From contig JARDVH010000132.1 in the NCBI GenBank assembly GCA_030324005.1, positions 48,977,890 through 49,041,889 on the forward strand: DNA of 64,000 nucleotides, written 5' to 3'. Both the position numbers and the translations under genes were made by a program. The stretch is from Negaprion brevirostris (Eukaryota). The notes below the pieces were generated by a model that was not told the DNA's origin, did no database searches, and worked only from the letters and a program-made list of their open reading frames with translations. Below, piece by piece: positions 36,751-49,722 of the stretch. The number at the start of each line of letters is the position of its first letter. Within the stretch, counting starts at the first letter, position 1.

Positions 36751-37939
36751 GCCCTTCAATGTAATATACCATGACTATTATAACTCACCATCATACACTA
36801 CTATTACAAAGCAGTATAATACATTCATACATGTCAGTATTATAAATCAATATCATTTATCTCCATTGATCAGTATTATGGACTAATTTAACATAATCAA
36901 CTCTTTTAAAAAGCTGTCATTCAATGTGCAAGCAGATAATATTCCTTGAGTCTTATTCTTTATTCTTACAATAATAAACAACCAAAAGCAAAGAAGCCTT
37001 TAAAAAATAGTTTTGCCAATATCTTTCTTGGAAATAATGTTCGTTGCTAGTTTTAAAGGCTGGGCTTCAATGTTTTATTATTTTCATGAGATAAAAATAA
37101 GTCAAGGATAATCATTTGGAATAATTATTGTCAACTTCTTTGTTAAATTGTCAGATTAAATGTGCTTAGCCTTAATTGCGCAGGACAAGCTGTGTTAATT
37201 CCGTGGTTGCTACAATATGCATTCTCAGTGCTATCTCCCCAATTGTTCAAGCTCCTCCCCTCACTGCAGGTAGGAGTCTCATCTGCAGTTAATGTTTTCC
37301 ACTTACCAGTTTTATAATCTTTTAATGGCAAATTTACTGGAAATGCCAAACCTTCAAGCTAAAGAAATCCATATACATCTTTGCTGCTGAGCATCAGGCC
37401 TCAGAGTTTATATGATCTATTATCATTGATATTTAATGTTTGCTTAAGATGTGCATGTCAGTGTTAGCACTGGAGACTTCCATTTTGCACTCATGCCAAT
37501 TTTCACTCAAATTATTGGTGGAAGGAACTTTTGAATGCTGCCAGACTTGATTATAAATGACGGATTCTTCAGCAGTAACAGAACATGGTCTGGAGTAATG
37601 ACATCCAACAATAGCTTGTGGAAATTCATGAAACCCTACAACCTGCAGAAAATATGAGAAAATAAACATTTCTTTTCATTCTTTCAGGTGGCACAGCCTG
37701 TACATAATTTCTGTCACAATTATATCATAAAAAGCAACAGAATAATATTTCCTATATTACTCCACATTATTTTCCTCAAGCTGGGGAAGACAGATATTTT
37801 TCAAAGCATCTTTTCATTTGAATCAATATCTCACCATCCATCCCCAAATCTTCTCACTGATTTTTCCCTTTAAACAACCAACAAGTCTCACTTCAAAGAA
37901 TGCATTGGATTGGATTTGTGGAATTCACTATCACAAATG

Positions 37940-38225
37940 AGAGGTTAGTACTGCTGCCTCACAGCCCAGGGACCCGGGTTCAATTCCTGGCTTGGGTCAT
38001 TGTCTGTGTGGAGTTCACACATTCTCCCTCTTGTCGGCATGTGTTTCCTCCCACAGTCCAAAGTTGTGCAGATTAGGTGGATTGGCAATGCTAAATTGAC
38101 CATTAGGGTCAGTGAGATTAATAGGGTAAATAAGTGGGGTTACAGGGATAGAGCCAGGGTGAGATTGTTGCTGGTACAGATTTGATAGGCCAAATGGCAT
38201 CATTCTGCACTGTAGGAATTTGATA
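37940..38225 (+). mobile_element. HE1-type V-SINE
   Basis: B box gggttcaattcc, V-core and CR1-type tail. Confidence 0.9.
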
Positions 38226-38226
38226 A

Positions 38227-38908
38227 TATTCACCCACAGAACAATTGCCAATAGGAAATAGGGACGATGTAGAAAGGGTCAAGAGTTTTATGTTTTTAGG
38301 TGTCCAGATCAACAACTTATCCTGGTCCCCCCATACTGACACTATAGTTATGAAAGCTCACCAACACATCTATTTTCTCAGAAGACTAAGGAAATTTGAC
38401 ATGTCACTATGACTCTCACCAACTTTTACAGACGCACCATAGAAAACATTCTTTTTGTTGCATCAGAGCTTGGTGTGGCTCCTGGTCTGCTCAAGGCCGC
38501 AAGGAACTATGTGAATGTAGCCTAATCCATCATGCAAACCAGCCTCCTATCCATTGATTTTGTCCACTCTTCCCTCTGCCTCAGCAAAGCAGCCAGCATA
38601 ATTAAGGACCCCATGCAGCCTGGACATTCTCTCTTCCATGTTCTTCCGTCAGGAAAAAGATACAAAAGTCTGAGGTCACGTACCAACTGACTCAAGAACA
38701 GCTTCTTCTCTGCTGCAGTCAGACTTTTGAATGGACTTACCTTGCATTAAGTTGATCGTTCTCTACGTCCTAGCTATGACTGCAGCACGACATTCCACAC
38801 TCTCTCGGTTCCTTCCCTATGATCGGTATGTTTTCTCTATATAGCGCACAGAAATAATATTTTTCACTGTATGTTAAACATGTGACAATAATAAATCAAA
38901 ATCAAATG
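38227..38908 (+). mobile_element. Rex1/Babar LINE 3' portion
   Basis: VERVKSFMFLGVQINNLSWSPHTDTIVMKAHQHIYFLRRLRKF...LTNFYRRTIENIL; tail gtgacaataataaatcaaaatcaaat. Confidence 0.85.
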
Positions 38909-39071
38909 CTACAACATATACAACGTGACATGCGCATCTGTTATCTGAGAGTGGGGATGGGGGAAGATTACTCTTCTGTTTATAATTTCCTGATTTTGAA
39001 ATAAATTCAAACTTGCCTTTGACATTATGCTGAATTAGGAATCAAGGTCTTCAAGCGCCCCTAAGTTTCTG

Positions 39072-39853
39072 TGGCCAGAATTTTACATGAAGAAAATGGG
39101 CATGCACCCGACCTGAATTTGTGTGAAATTGTGTGAGAAGATGTCTGGTAAGCATCCTAGCAGCATCACGCATGCGATATTATGGTGGACAGGCCCACTT
39201 CTAACTGATGTGCATGCCGACTGACACTTAAAGCACCAACTAAGTTCATTACATTTACCGATTGAAAAGGATCCTGTGTGATTTGGTTGGCTGTCACATG
39301 GGCAACATTAGCAGGTGGCCAAAACATTTTCCACAAATTCTCAGCCAGGGACAGGATTAAATGCCCCAGGGCAAAAGCAATGGGGCCATCTTACGTTGCA
39401 TTCTGCCGACCGATGGGTGCGTTGTGCCGGTAAGATGCTCAAGAGCCAAGAAATCCAGTTCACACCAGATTTCTCACCTCTTGTGATCTTATCAGCACCA
39501 GATATCTGGTGCAGGGGTAAATAATTTATTTACATTATTTTAAATTGTATTTTGCATTGAATTAATGAGCCTGGGATGTTATCATCAGGGCTCACTTGCC
39601 CATGTGACCTCATTGGGAATGGTTCTCTTTGAGGAGAATCACAGCTGATCCCCAGCAACCGGGACCAATTGTGGTGGTCTCACCAGTAGAACCACAAGCC
39701 ATTAAGGTCACCCGTGGGTAAGGGGGGGTACTGCTCCTTGGGTAGTGCCAGTTTGGCACCCTGACAGTACTCACTGGGCACCGAGCAGTACAAAGGAAGC
39801 AGGAAGAGCATGGGACAGGGCCTACAAAGGAGTTGGTGCCAGACAAGTGCCAG
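39072..39853. mobile_element. PIF/Harbinger-type MITE(s), probably nested or truncated
   Basis: Start ggccagaattttac resembles the TIR family seen elsewhere; a second start ggggccatcttac near 39382; right end lost in a gap. Confidence 0.4.
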
Positions 39854-39954
39854 NNNNNNNNNNNNNNNNNNNNNNNNNNNNNNNNNNNNNNNNNNNNNNN
39901 NNNNNNNNNNNNNNNNNNNNNNNNNNNNNNNNNNNNNNNNNNNNNNNNNNNNNC

Positions 39955-41160
39955 CTTAATCTGGGATTATCCAAAATTCTGCTGTCCATATCATAGTTTG
40001 TACAAGTCCTGTGCATCCACAATTCCAATCTTTATCACTGTTTTGATGCGTTGTCCCTGAATGCTTGAAATTACAATTTCTTGACTGCATTCTCAATTAT
40101 TGTTATGGCTCTTGTTATCTCTATGTTTTGACCCCAGTCATACAAGTCACGCCTACCTTTCGTTCCTCTGACTTTGGATTGTTATATATCTCCCCCACCC
40201 ATCTTTTAGAATACCTTCCCTAAACCCCTTATCTTATCAACTTCTTTTCTCCTTTATTACTCTCTTTAAAGTACACTTTTTTTAATGAAGCTGTTGGTCA
40301 AAGCACATATTTCTCCTTTGACTCTGTGACAGTCCTTATTTTGTTGTTCAGTGTTAAACCTAGGCAAGAGGGTAGTTAAAACAGGGCTGACGATGGATCC
40401 ACTCTACCTCATTCACTGACCTGGTCAACTGCAATTTTAAATTTCAGATTGCATAGACATCTAGTTAACACAGTGGGTTCCTCTTTAAAAAACACATCAG
40501 GCTGCACTGACATCCAAGTCTGTTTCATGTTCGTTTTATTGCCATCCACTCACCAAAGACTCAAGATTAAAGTCAACCCTTTACTTTAAGCCTCATATTA
40601 ATTTATTGTAGTTGATACACCTGCTAGAACGTGTTGAACATGAGGTGGCTCAAAAGGGCTGTAATAGTATGGAACTTGACAGTTTTATTTGTTAGCAATC
40701 TTATGCAAAACTATGGCAGTAATTTTGCAATGTTTTTTGTTTTTGTATCCAGTGTCCGAACTATGCTATACATGGAAAGTACAATTCAAATTAGGTGGAG
40801 GATAAAGTTTCTCTGTGGCTAAAATCTCACCTGTCCCTATCTCTGTAATCTCTTTCAGCAAGTCCTCCCAAGATATTTGCATTCCTCTAGTTCTTATCTG
40901 TTGAGCATCCCCAGTTTTATTCATGCCATCACTCGTGGGCCACACCTTCTGTTGCCGAGGCTCAAGCTCTGGAATATCCTGCCTACACTTCTCTGCCCCT
41001 CTATCTCGCTTTCCTCTTTTAAGACGTTCCTCTGCCTACCTTTTTGACCAAACTTTTGGCCATCTGATGTAATATTCCCTTGTGTCTTGGTGTCACACTT
41101 TGTGTTATCATGTTCTTGTGAAGCGTCTTGGGACCTATATAAATGTAAGTTGATGTTATG
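39955..41160 (+). mobile_element. Two degraded L2 3' fragments (about 39955-40345 and 40815-41160)
   Basis: The two are similar to each other (ctctggaatatcctgcctac / ttagaataccttccctaaacc; ctctttaa); L2-type end tatataaatgtaagttg. Confidence 0.55.
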
Positions 41161-41169
41161 CTGGCCACA

Positions 41170-41763
41170 CAAAACTAATAGTCACACAGACAAATGTGAA
41201 TTAATTAAGGAAAGCCAACATGGATTTGTTAAGGGCAAATTATGTCTAACTAACTCACTTGAATGTTTTGATAAGGTAACAGAGGGCTTGATGTGGGTGA
41301 TGTGTACATGAACTTCCATAAGACATTTTGTTCTGGTTAAAACTGGACCACATCAGTGTTTATATACCATTTGAGCCTCCTCCCATCTTTTTTCATTTAA
41401 ATTACATTGTAATTTAAGGAGGGTAATTGTAATTGTCAGGAGGGTGGGGACCGGAGGAAGGAGGGTGGGGACCAAATGCCTCAGCCTCTCAATCTGCATA
41501 ACAGGTTTGAAGTTCTTGCTTCCAGTGTGGACAAGAACGAGGGCTGTGAGGTTGGTGAGCAAACTGCACACAGTACAGTGATGCAGACNNNNNNNNNNNN
41601 NNNNNNNNNNNNNNNNNNNNNNNNNNNNNNNNNNNNNNNNNNNNNNNNNNNNNNNNNNNNNNNNNNNNNNNNNNNNNNNNNNNNNNNNTGATCTTATTGA
41701 ATGGCGGGGCAGGCTCGAGGGGCTAGATGGCCTACTCTTGCTCCTATTTCTTATGTTCTTATG
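41170..41763 (+). mobile_element. CR1 fragments: RT piece, ORF1-like piece and young 3' tail across a gap
   Basis: ESQHGFVKGKLCLTNSLECFDKVT; LNLHNRFEVL; tail ggctcgaggggctagatggcctact...(tcttatgt)n. Confidence 0.75.
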
Positions 41764-44479
41764 TAATCATTTTCCTCTCCCCAATGTACTTGTCTACTTT
41801 CTCCTTAAATGCATTTAACTTGATCAAGAGCTGTAGAAATACTGTAGTGTGATATCTCTACTGATGAATTGTCCAAAGCTGTTGAACCATCACGACTGAA
41901 AAATTATTCCGCATTAATCGTGAAGGTATTTTCAGTCTTAATATTGTCATAGTAACATCTCTTCATATTCATGGCATAAATTATTTTTAAAATCTACAGT
42001 TTTGCTATTTATGTTATAATTGAATGGTGAAGGTGCTGTTGTATGATGACTATTTTGTCATTTTAAATGGGATAACTTGCTTAACTTATTTTATTCCTCC
42101 TTGTTCATACCTATTCTCTCCAGAACTCTGCAGCAAATGACTGCAAAGTTTTTGTCGGTAATAGAATGCATGATTTTAGCAATCAGATTTAAATTTGAAT
42201 CTTTTAATTGCTCTCTCCTCAGTTATGGGCAGAGTGAGAGAATTTAAGCAGTGATATTGAATGATTTAATTAATCATTTTGATCTTGACTTGTAGACTGC
42301 ACTCATGACTTGAGTATAGTACTTGGAAAGCGTCATTTGACAACCTAATCTCAAGCTCAGAGCTCTTGTGATCAAAACAGTTCGTCTCAGTAATCAGTTA
42401 TGTTACTTTACATATTTTTTAAGTAATGGAGGGAGTGATATAATTCTGGCATTTCATGCCTTTAAGAACTATTAGAAATCCTGCTTCTGTTTAAATCAAT
42501 ACAAATGGTCGTCTCCTGCTGTCAGTTCAAATCACTAGGTGTAGTAATTATCATTTCTGGAGATTAAATAAATCTTAACAGAGAAAATGAACTGTCTCAT
42601 GTTATAATTTCCATTATGTCCAAACTGCCCTGCAATATGGTGTGTTTTGGAGCATGGTATTTTTCCCTACAACTCAATTTCTTGTGGCAAAACACAACTA
42701 AGGCTCCACACTGAAAAGGAAAGTCCACAACAGTCATGATGTGGCTTAAATAGGAGTAATTGAGCAGTGCCCCTTCTAGTTGTTCCAAGTTTTGTTACAT
42801 GAATATTTGGCAGTTGCTATTAATTGCATGGTTGTGGATTGTTGTGTGGGGGAAGAGGTGACTGGAGGTGGTTAGTAGAGTTGCTAGAAGTGGTATTGGG
42901 GTGACCAGGGAGAGGAATGGGGAGAGGTAAGGCTTGTGGAAGGAGGGTGGGGTCAACATCAGGACAGTGTGGAATGGGGAGGGGGAGCAGTAGTGATGGA
43001 ACCACTGAGGGAATAAGGTGACTGTAGACCCCCCACACGATATACTAACATTTTTCACAGAGATACAGCAGTCTAGTCAGATGACCTGAGGCCATTATTT
43101 CTGTGAGTCTTGAGATGATGTTTCCATTTTCTCAGCAGAGTAGAATGTGCCTTCTGTCGGAGCAGAAGCCAGAGGTCACATTTCCCTTCAGTGCTCATTC
43201 ACAAACCAGACCTTTAGCATTGGTTGCATAATTAAATAATTTGAAGACCATTCCTTTTCAGTTTTAAGTCCATGATTCTTGAGTGGATTATCCTCAAGAT
43301 TAGTCAGATTCGTGCACATTATGACTTTGTGCAACTTCCAGTGCAACTGAAGAAAGTCACTTGACCAAACTCAGTTATTACTCTGTGATTTCTTTTGGCA
43401 TTTAAGATCTGACACACTGTGATCCTGCAGAAGAATCAAATCGTTGAATAATTGGTAAAGAAAGATGTCTACATTAAATGCACTCAAATATAGCTATCTT
43501 ATTGAATATGGTAAGTGAAGTTTGTGCATCAATAAATCAATCAATGAATGAATAATCTAAATCAACCAGTTACTACCGTATTCCTCTAGAAATTAGAAAG
43601 GAGAAGTAAATTGCATATTCGGGCAGATAAACTGCTCCTCATGCTTTACTGTCATTTGTTTTCAATAACTGCATCAGAATTTCACTCATCTCGCTATCAT
43701 TTGACTTATTTTCCATTGAGATGAAGTGTTATGTGATTGGTAAGTGAAGAGTTTTTACTTTCAGGACAATTAGAATTAAACACTTACACCTGTCTAGAAA
43801 TCATTTGTGCTGTATTCTTTTTAAAGAAAACTCAACTGTCAAATGACAGTTTAAAGATTTGGAATGCAGTTCAACTTGTTCTGTGACAAAAGTGACCAAA
43901 AGTCCATTTATACCATTTGTAATGTAACTGCCTGAACAGAAATACATGCTTTCAAATATATAATTATCTTAATCTAGGTGATAAGTAATTTGAGATATAA
44001 TGTTGTTATAGATTTCAGTTTCTGCCCCACTTTGATTTATTTGGATATGAAGCACAGATGATTTGAGGAATTATGTTAGATTCCATTGTGTAAATCTGTG
44101 ATCTTTTTCATTCTTTTGAAGATGTTCAATCTTCAGGTATTATGCTGCCATCCAATTTGATATTACTTGAAGTTATTTATTCTTTTGTGTGTTTCACTGT
44201 TTGGACTCTGGATGCGGTATCCGCTGACTGATGAATTACAGTTCAAATACTGTGAAACTGACAAAGATAGCCATGCATGACTAGCTTTACAGTCCTTATT
44301 TTCTCCTTTCTTTCCTTGGTATAATGACAGTAAATTAATCTGAATTGAGTGAATAACCAGCATAGTAATCTGGCTTTTTCTTGCATCGTTAGTCATTTTA
44401 CTTACCTTGGGTTGTTCTTTCTTCAGGAGATATTGCTAACTACCTAAAGGTCCTTTGCCATTTGAATGTTGCCCCTACC

Positions 44480-45628
44480 ATCAGTGGTGTTGTGGTTATG
44501 TGTCTGGACAAGTGAATCAGAAGTTAAGTGTTTATGCGCCAAAGACAGAGTTCAAATTCCACTGTGTTTCGATCAAATTCAATTAATTAAATCTGGAATG
44601 AAAAATAGTCTGAGAGTGGAATCTTGTGCCCCACCCCATAGAGAATTTGGCGTTGGGGGGCGGGAGGATATTTAATCAGGTGGGAAAGTGATAGGTAGGG
44701 ACCCAGCCAGCCATCTTCCCAACTCCACCCCTGTTAGGTTTGAGGCAGGAAGACCCAGTGGTGGCATTCATACCCTGCTGCCAAATGCATATGAACCCAG
44801 CATGTTTGCTTGCAATCTCCCAGAAGCTGCCCTGTTTAAAGGCATGGTGCTCAACTGAGCAACCTAGGATTGAGAAAGGGGAGGGGCCATTTTAAAACCA
44901 GCCCCTTCTCTGTGACCCTGTCCTCACCCCTTCCTCATGAACTGAGTTCTGCCATCTCTTATCAGTGGCTGGATTAATCCTAGGCTTTGGGTGTGTATTG
45001 TTTCCAGGAGCAATCANNNNNNNNNNNNNNNNNNNNNNNNNNNNNNNNNNNNNNNNNNNNNNNNNNNNNNNNNNNNNNNNNNNNNNNNNNNNNNNNNNNN
45101 NNNNNNNNNNNNNNNNAGCAAGCATCACCTCCTTCAGTGGCCCTGCCATTGAGTAAACAGAACTTGGTGGGTGGGACCTCTGTCCCCGGTGTCTTTGATA
45201 CCACCATTGACCTATCAAATGCCTGTCTGGCATGTGATGCGGTGGGCCTTTCCAGAAAGAGACAATGCGGGGATCTTAGTGGCTGTCTAGCTGTTAGCTG
45301 GAAATCCCACCCCTTGCTTAAAATTCTTCCTCAACAAGAATGACCATGAAACTACTGACTTGTTCTAAAAGCTCGCCCTTCAGTGAAAAACATCTGCCAT
45401 TGTTGCCATCAGGCCTACTTATGTCTTCGGGCCTACAGCAATGTGGTTGACTCTTAACTGCCCTTGAAAGGACCTAGCAAGCCACTGGTACATCAAACTG
45501 AAAAGTCAGATCAGAATGAAATCAGATGGACTACCCATTGCCAGGTTAAGCATCGAACACAACAAACACACATCCAGCCCAGTGGACCCTGTAAAGCACT
45601 CCTAATATCTCAGGACTTGCACCAGCAT
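44480..45628 (+). mobile_element. 5' end of family T LINE with a tRNA-like head, split by a MITE
   Basis: A-box-like tggtgttgtgg (44485-44495) and B-box-like agttcaaattcc (about 44550). The body resumes at 45331 (gaccatgaaac...cagcaatgtggttgactcttaactgccc) and continues past the point where the 34095 SINE switches to its tail. Confidence 0.55.
44614..45330. mobile_element. PIF/Harbinger-type MITE
   Basis: Imperfect TIRs gagtggaatctt / aaaattcttcc; interrupts a recognisable repeat; TGA and TCA flanks. Confidence 0.5.
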
Positions 45629-46050
45629 TGAAACATAGAAATGTAGAAAATAGCTGCAGGCGTAGGCCTTTTTCCTTTGAGCCTGCACCACCATTCAATA
45701 TGATCATGGCTGATGATGCACTTTCAGTATCCCACTCCCACTTTCTCTCCATATCCTTTGATTCCTTTAGTCATAAGGGCCACATCCAGCTCCCTCTTGG
45801 AATATATTTAATGAACTGGCCCCAACAGCTTTCTGTGGTGGCAAATTCTATAGGCTCACAACTCTGAGTGAAGGAGTTCGTCCTCATCTCAGTCCTGAAT
45901 GGCTTACTCCTTATTCCTAGACTGTTATCTCTAGTTCTGGACTTCCCCAATATTGGGAATATTATTCCCACATCTAGCCTGTCCAGTCCCATAAAGATTT
46001 TGTATGCCTCTATGAAATCCCCTCTCATTCTTCTAAATTTCAGTGAGTGA
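45628..46050 (-). mobile_element. CR1 3' end
   Basis: MRGDFIEAYKIFMGLDRLDVGIIFPILGKSRTR; tail gaaacatagaaatgtagaaaatag. Confidence 0.9.
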
Positions 46051-46094
46051 GTTATTCCACAGACTAGTAAAGCAACAATCTGTCATTGGTGCAG

Positions 46095-46722
46095 AATCAT
46101 ACCTTTCAGCTGGAGTTGGACTTCTGTCTTCACCTCCCCTTCAAATACTGCAGGCAATTTGATTACAGTCCCAGCAACATTAGAACTCAGTATTGGGCGC
46201 TGTTGGGACTGAAAGCGAGTCCTGGAATGACAAGGGCACGACCACCAGAAAGAGGTAACTAGGATTTTGGACAGAGTGGGAACAGGGAGCCACAGAAGGT
46301 GGGAAGGGTTGTGGTTTGTAGAGGCCAGTTGGGCAGGAACAAATGGGGTTAATATTTAGGGGAGGAGGGTGTGCATCTTGTGCCAGACACTCATAGGAAC
46401 TTTCCGAAACAATGGGCCCCTCTTAGCCTTTTCGACAAAGTTGTTTGGAAAAAAATGCCTTCTCAATACAAACCGTCTGCTACTGCCCTGCTTTTAATGG
46501 GAGGTGGGTTGAAGGCCTTAAGTGGGTAATAATTGGCCACCTAAGATCCTTGATAGGCTGAAGGGTGGGTGGGCTAATGGTGACTTCCCTTACTCTCTTC
46601 CCCTTCAGATTATAGGGTCTGGGTCAGGGATTGGGAGAGTCAGGTCTAGGTGGACAGTGGGCTAGCCACCCGACATGTTTTACGTGGTTCCTCACTTGAT
46701 GGAGAGACCATAAAATCCAGTC
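46095..46722. mobile_element. Probable MITE fragment
   Basis: Right end taaaatccagtcc resembles the TIR family; GC-richer than its flanks; left end not resolved. Confidence 0.35.
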
Positions 46723-48489
46723 CATTCTGCTTTAATACATGTCCTACTAAAGACCAGGTCGCTCATGATGGAAATTGAAAGAAAGATTGTTCATACGTTT
46801 TCCTGTTATGATTAAAGCAGTCTCCAAAATGCCAATTACTAGTACTGATTGATTTAAACAGCCAACAGAAGGAGGCAATTTGTATTAATTTAAACAGAAG
46901 CAGCACTTTTAACAATTTTAAAAAATGCAGAATTATGTGTCTCACTAACACTAAAACTTTATGTTGGTAACTGATTGCTGTGATGAACTGTTTTATTCAG
47001 AGTGCTCTGAGCGCAAGATTAGATTTTAGTACTCGAGTTGAATTCAGTCAACAAGTTGAGAGCAAAATTGTTCATTAAGTCACTTAATCTCTGCTTAAAT
47101 TCTGTTTGCCCGTGCACGGAAAAGAGAGCGATTATTGTGTTCAGCTTTGCAGCTGGGGTGCTGACGATCCTATATTGTCATGGCGATATATGTGTGTGCA
47201 CATATAGTATATGCGTATGGGTGTTGGCCAAACATAACATTGTAGTATCCAGATCTATATTTTAAGTGCTCAACCAATCTTGCTGGATGCAGTAGTGGCT
47301 CACTGCATTATTGGCCACTGTTTTGCCCATACATCGGTGCTCAACCAGTAAGACCACCCCATCTCAGCTCCTGTTCCACTCGCAATTCCACCATTTCATC
47401 CTAAGCCTCAGATTTTCAACATATAAAATACACAAACAATATATTTGAAAACTAATAGATGGGTTTCAGTGACACCTGGTGCACAGATAGCTATGGCCAA
47501 AGGAAAACTGATTAGTTTTTGGTGAAGATGCAGGACTGGATTCTGGAATTTCTTACAATGCAAAACCTGAGGAACAGACAAATTGACTTTGTTTTATAAT
47601 GTCATTGTTTTTTTTCTGAAGGCAGTGAATCGTCCCAGCTGGTATGACTGAATTTGTCACAGCTGTCAAAATGTAAGCCACATTTTCAGAGCAGGTTCTT
47701 GCATGTTGATCGGCTTGAAGTCTCCTAACTGAGATGGAAGCTTTTAATAACATGATTTTTTTTTAGCTTTATAGTTACAGAACATTAACTAGGCATGGAA
47801 AAGCCTTGGGAAAGAACTGGGTAATTGTAATAACATTGAGCTAACACACTGTGGTGGAGATTCGTGCCCCTTTTCACTATTTTCTAGTAACTTAAAGAAC
47901 ATTCTGTTGAAATGATTTGATCTCTCCCTCATAGCACTGTCAATTGGGCTTCTCTCCCTTAAATTTGAGGCCTGCTTTCTACCTCCTAAAAACATATTGT
48001 TCCCTGTATCTATTTATCTTCCTCTTATATTTGTTGAGTGGTTGGTTAATCATAGTTCATGTGGGAAAACCTTGGTGAAGAATCAAAATTAAATGGTAGG
48101 CCGACCATGCAATTAAATTGGCAACATGGATTGACATCTTTGATCACTGATTCATTGGATACAGTGCCAGTCAGATTCAGGTTCTTTTGATCTAGATAGG
48201 CTGTAAGTTTTACTAGTTTGGACATGTATGGAATATCACTCCTCATGTTTAATTATTTCAATATTGGTTTTTATAGTGTACTTAATTGCAAGAAGTCTGA
48301 GGGAGAGTTAAAACAATAGTGAGAAACCTGTCTATTTTCCCACAGCAGGTATGAACCTGACCTACAGAGTATATTGTATATTGCTTCCATGACTTTACAA
48401 ATCAAATAGGACTGGAAGATAAGTAATTTGGATGCAATATGACTGTTAGTGCAATGCTAGCTTTTGGAAACCAACTGACCACAATTTTT

Positions 48490-49722
48490 AATTTATTCGT
48501 TCACAGTGTAGTATAGGTACACCCACGGTGTTGTTAGGAAGGAATTTCCAGGATTTTGACCCAGAGACAGTAAAGAGTAGCGATTTAGTTCCTGGTCACA
48601 TGATATGTGACTTGGAAGGGGACTTGCAGGTGGTGATATTCCCATGCATCTTCTGGCCTTGTCCCTCTGTTAGAGTTCATTGGTGCTGTCAATGGACATA
48701 ATGCGACAACCTAGTGTTGTGAGATTTCTTACACTGTCAATGGAACCACGGCAAGTTGCTGCAGTGTATCCTGTAGATGGTACACACTGTTGCTACTATG
48801 TGTTAGTGATGGACGGATTGAATGTCTAAGGTGATGAATCAGTGCAAATCAAGTGGAGCACTTTGTCCTGGATGATGTCGAACTTCCTGAGTATTGTTGG
48901 GACTGCACTCACCTCGGCAAGTGAAAAATATTCCCTCACACTCCTGATTTGAGACTTAAAACGTAGAACACTACAGCACAACTTATAGATGGTGGACAGG
49001 ATATGGGGAGTCAGGAGGTGACTTACTCACCACAGAGTTTCCAGTGTCTAAGACTTCCTTCTGTAACCATAGTTTTTAGAGGCTGGTCCAGTTCAGTTCC
49101 TGGTCAATAATAACCTCCAGGATGCTGATTGTGGGAATTCGGTACATTAATGCCTTTAAATTTAAAAGGAAAGTGATTCGATTCTCTGTTGTTGAAAATG
49201 GTAATTACCTGGCACTTGTGTGGCATAAATGTTACTTGCCATTTATCAGCCCAAGTTTGAATGTTGTCTCAGTCTTGCTGCATATTGACTGCTTCAGTAT
49301 CTGATGAGTTGTGAGTGGTGCTGAATTTTGTGCAATCATGAGTGAATATCCCCATTTCTGATCTTTTTGTGAAACAGCTGAAGATGCTTTTAACGCTGTC
49401 CTGAGGAACACCTATGGTCCTGGACATTGTCAAACTCTTTGAGTATTGTTGGAACTGCACTCATCTCAGCAAGTGAAAAATACTCCATCACACTCCTGAT
49501 TTGAGACTTATAAACAGTGCCCTAGGGCTGGGATGGTAGACCTACAACAACCTCAATCATTTTCCTTTATGCTCAGTATGACTCAAACCAATGGAGAGTT
49601 TTCCCCTNNNNNNNNTTGACCTTTAGTTTTGTTAGGATTCCTTGATGCCACTCAGTCCAATGCTACCTTGATGTCAAGAGCATTCACTTTCACCTCATCT
49701 CTGGAGTTCAGCCCCCTTGGCC
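48490..49722 (-). mobile_element. Family T LINE, RT to 3' end, with an internal duplication and micro-insertions
   Basis: Reverse-complement homology to 3340-4450; IGVPQDSV..IFSCF..RSEMGIFTHDCTKFS. Confidence 0.8.
48697..48733 (+). mobile_element. 37-bp PLE family A terminal insertion
   Basis: aacctagtgttgtgagatttcttac is the family A terminus; perfect 11-bp TSD ctgtcaatgga (48686-48696, 48734-48744). Confidence 0.75.

Noticed and set aside
42124-42165. DCKVFVGN resembling an RRM RNP2 motif
   Set aside because: Only 8 residues; the frame closes soon after and no other RRM exon was found.
42795-43058. Pro/His-rich minus-strand ORFs
   Set aside because: Explained by G-rich composition, probably an eroded repeat; no motif support.
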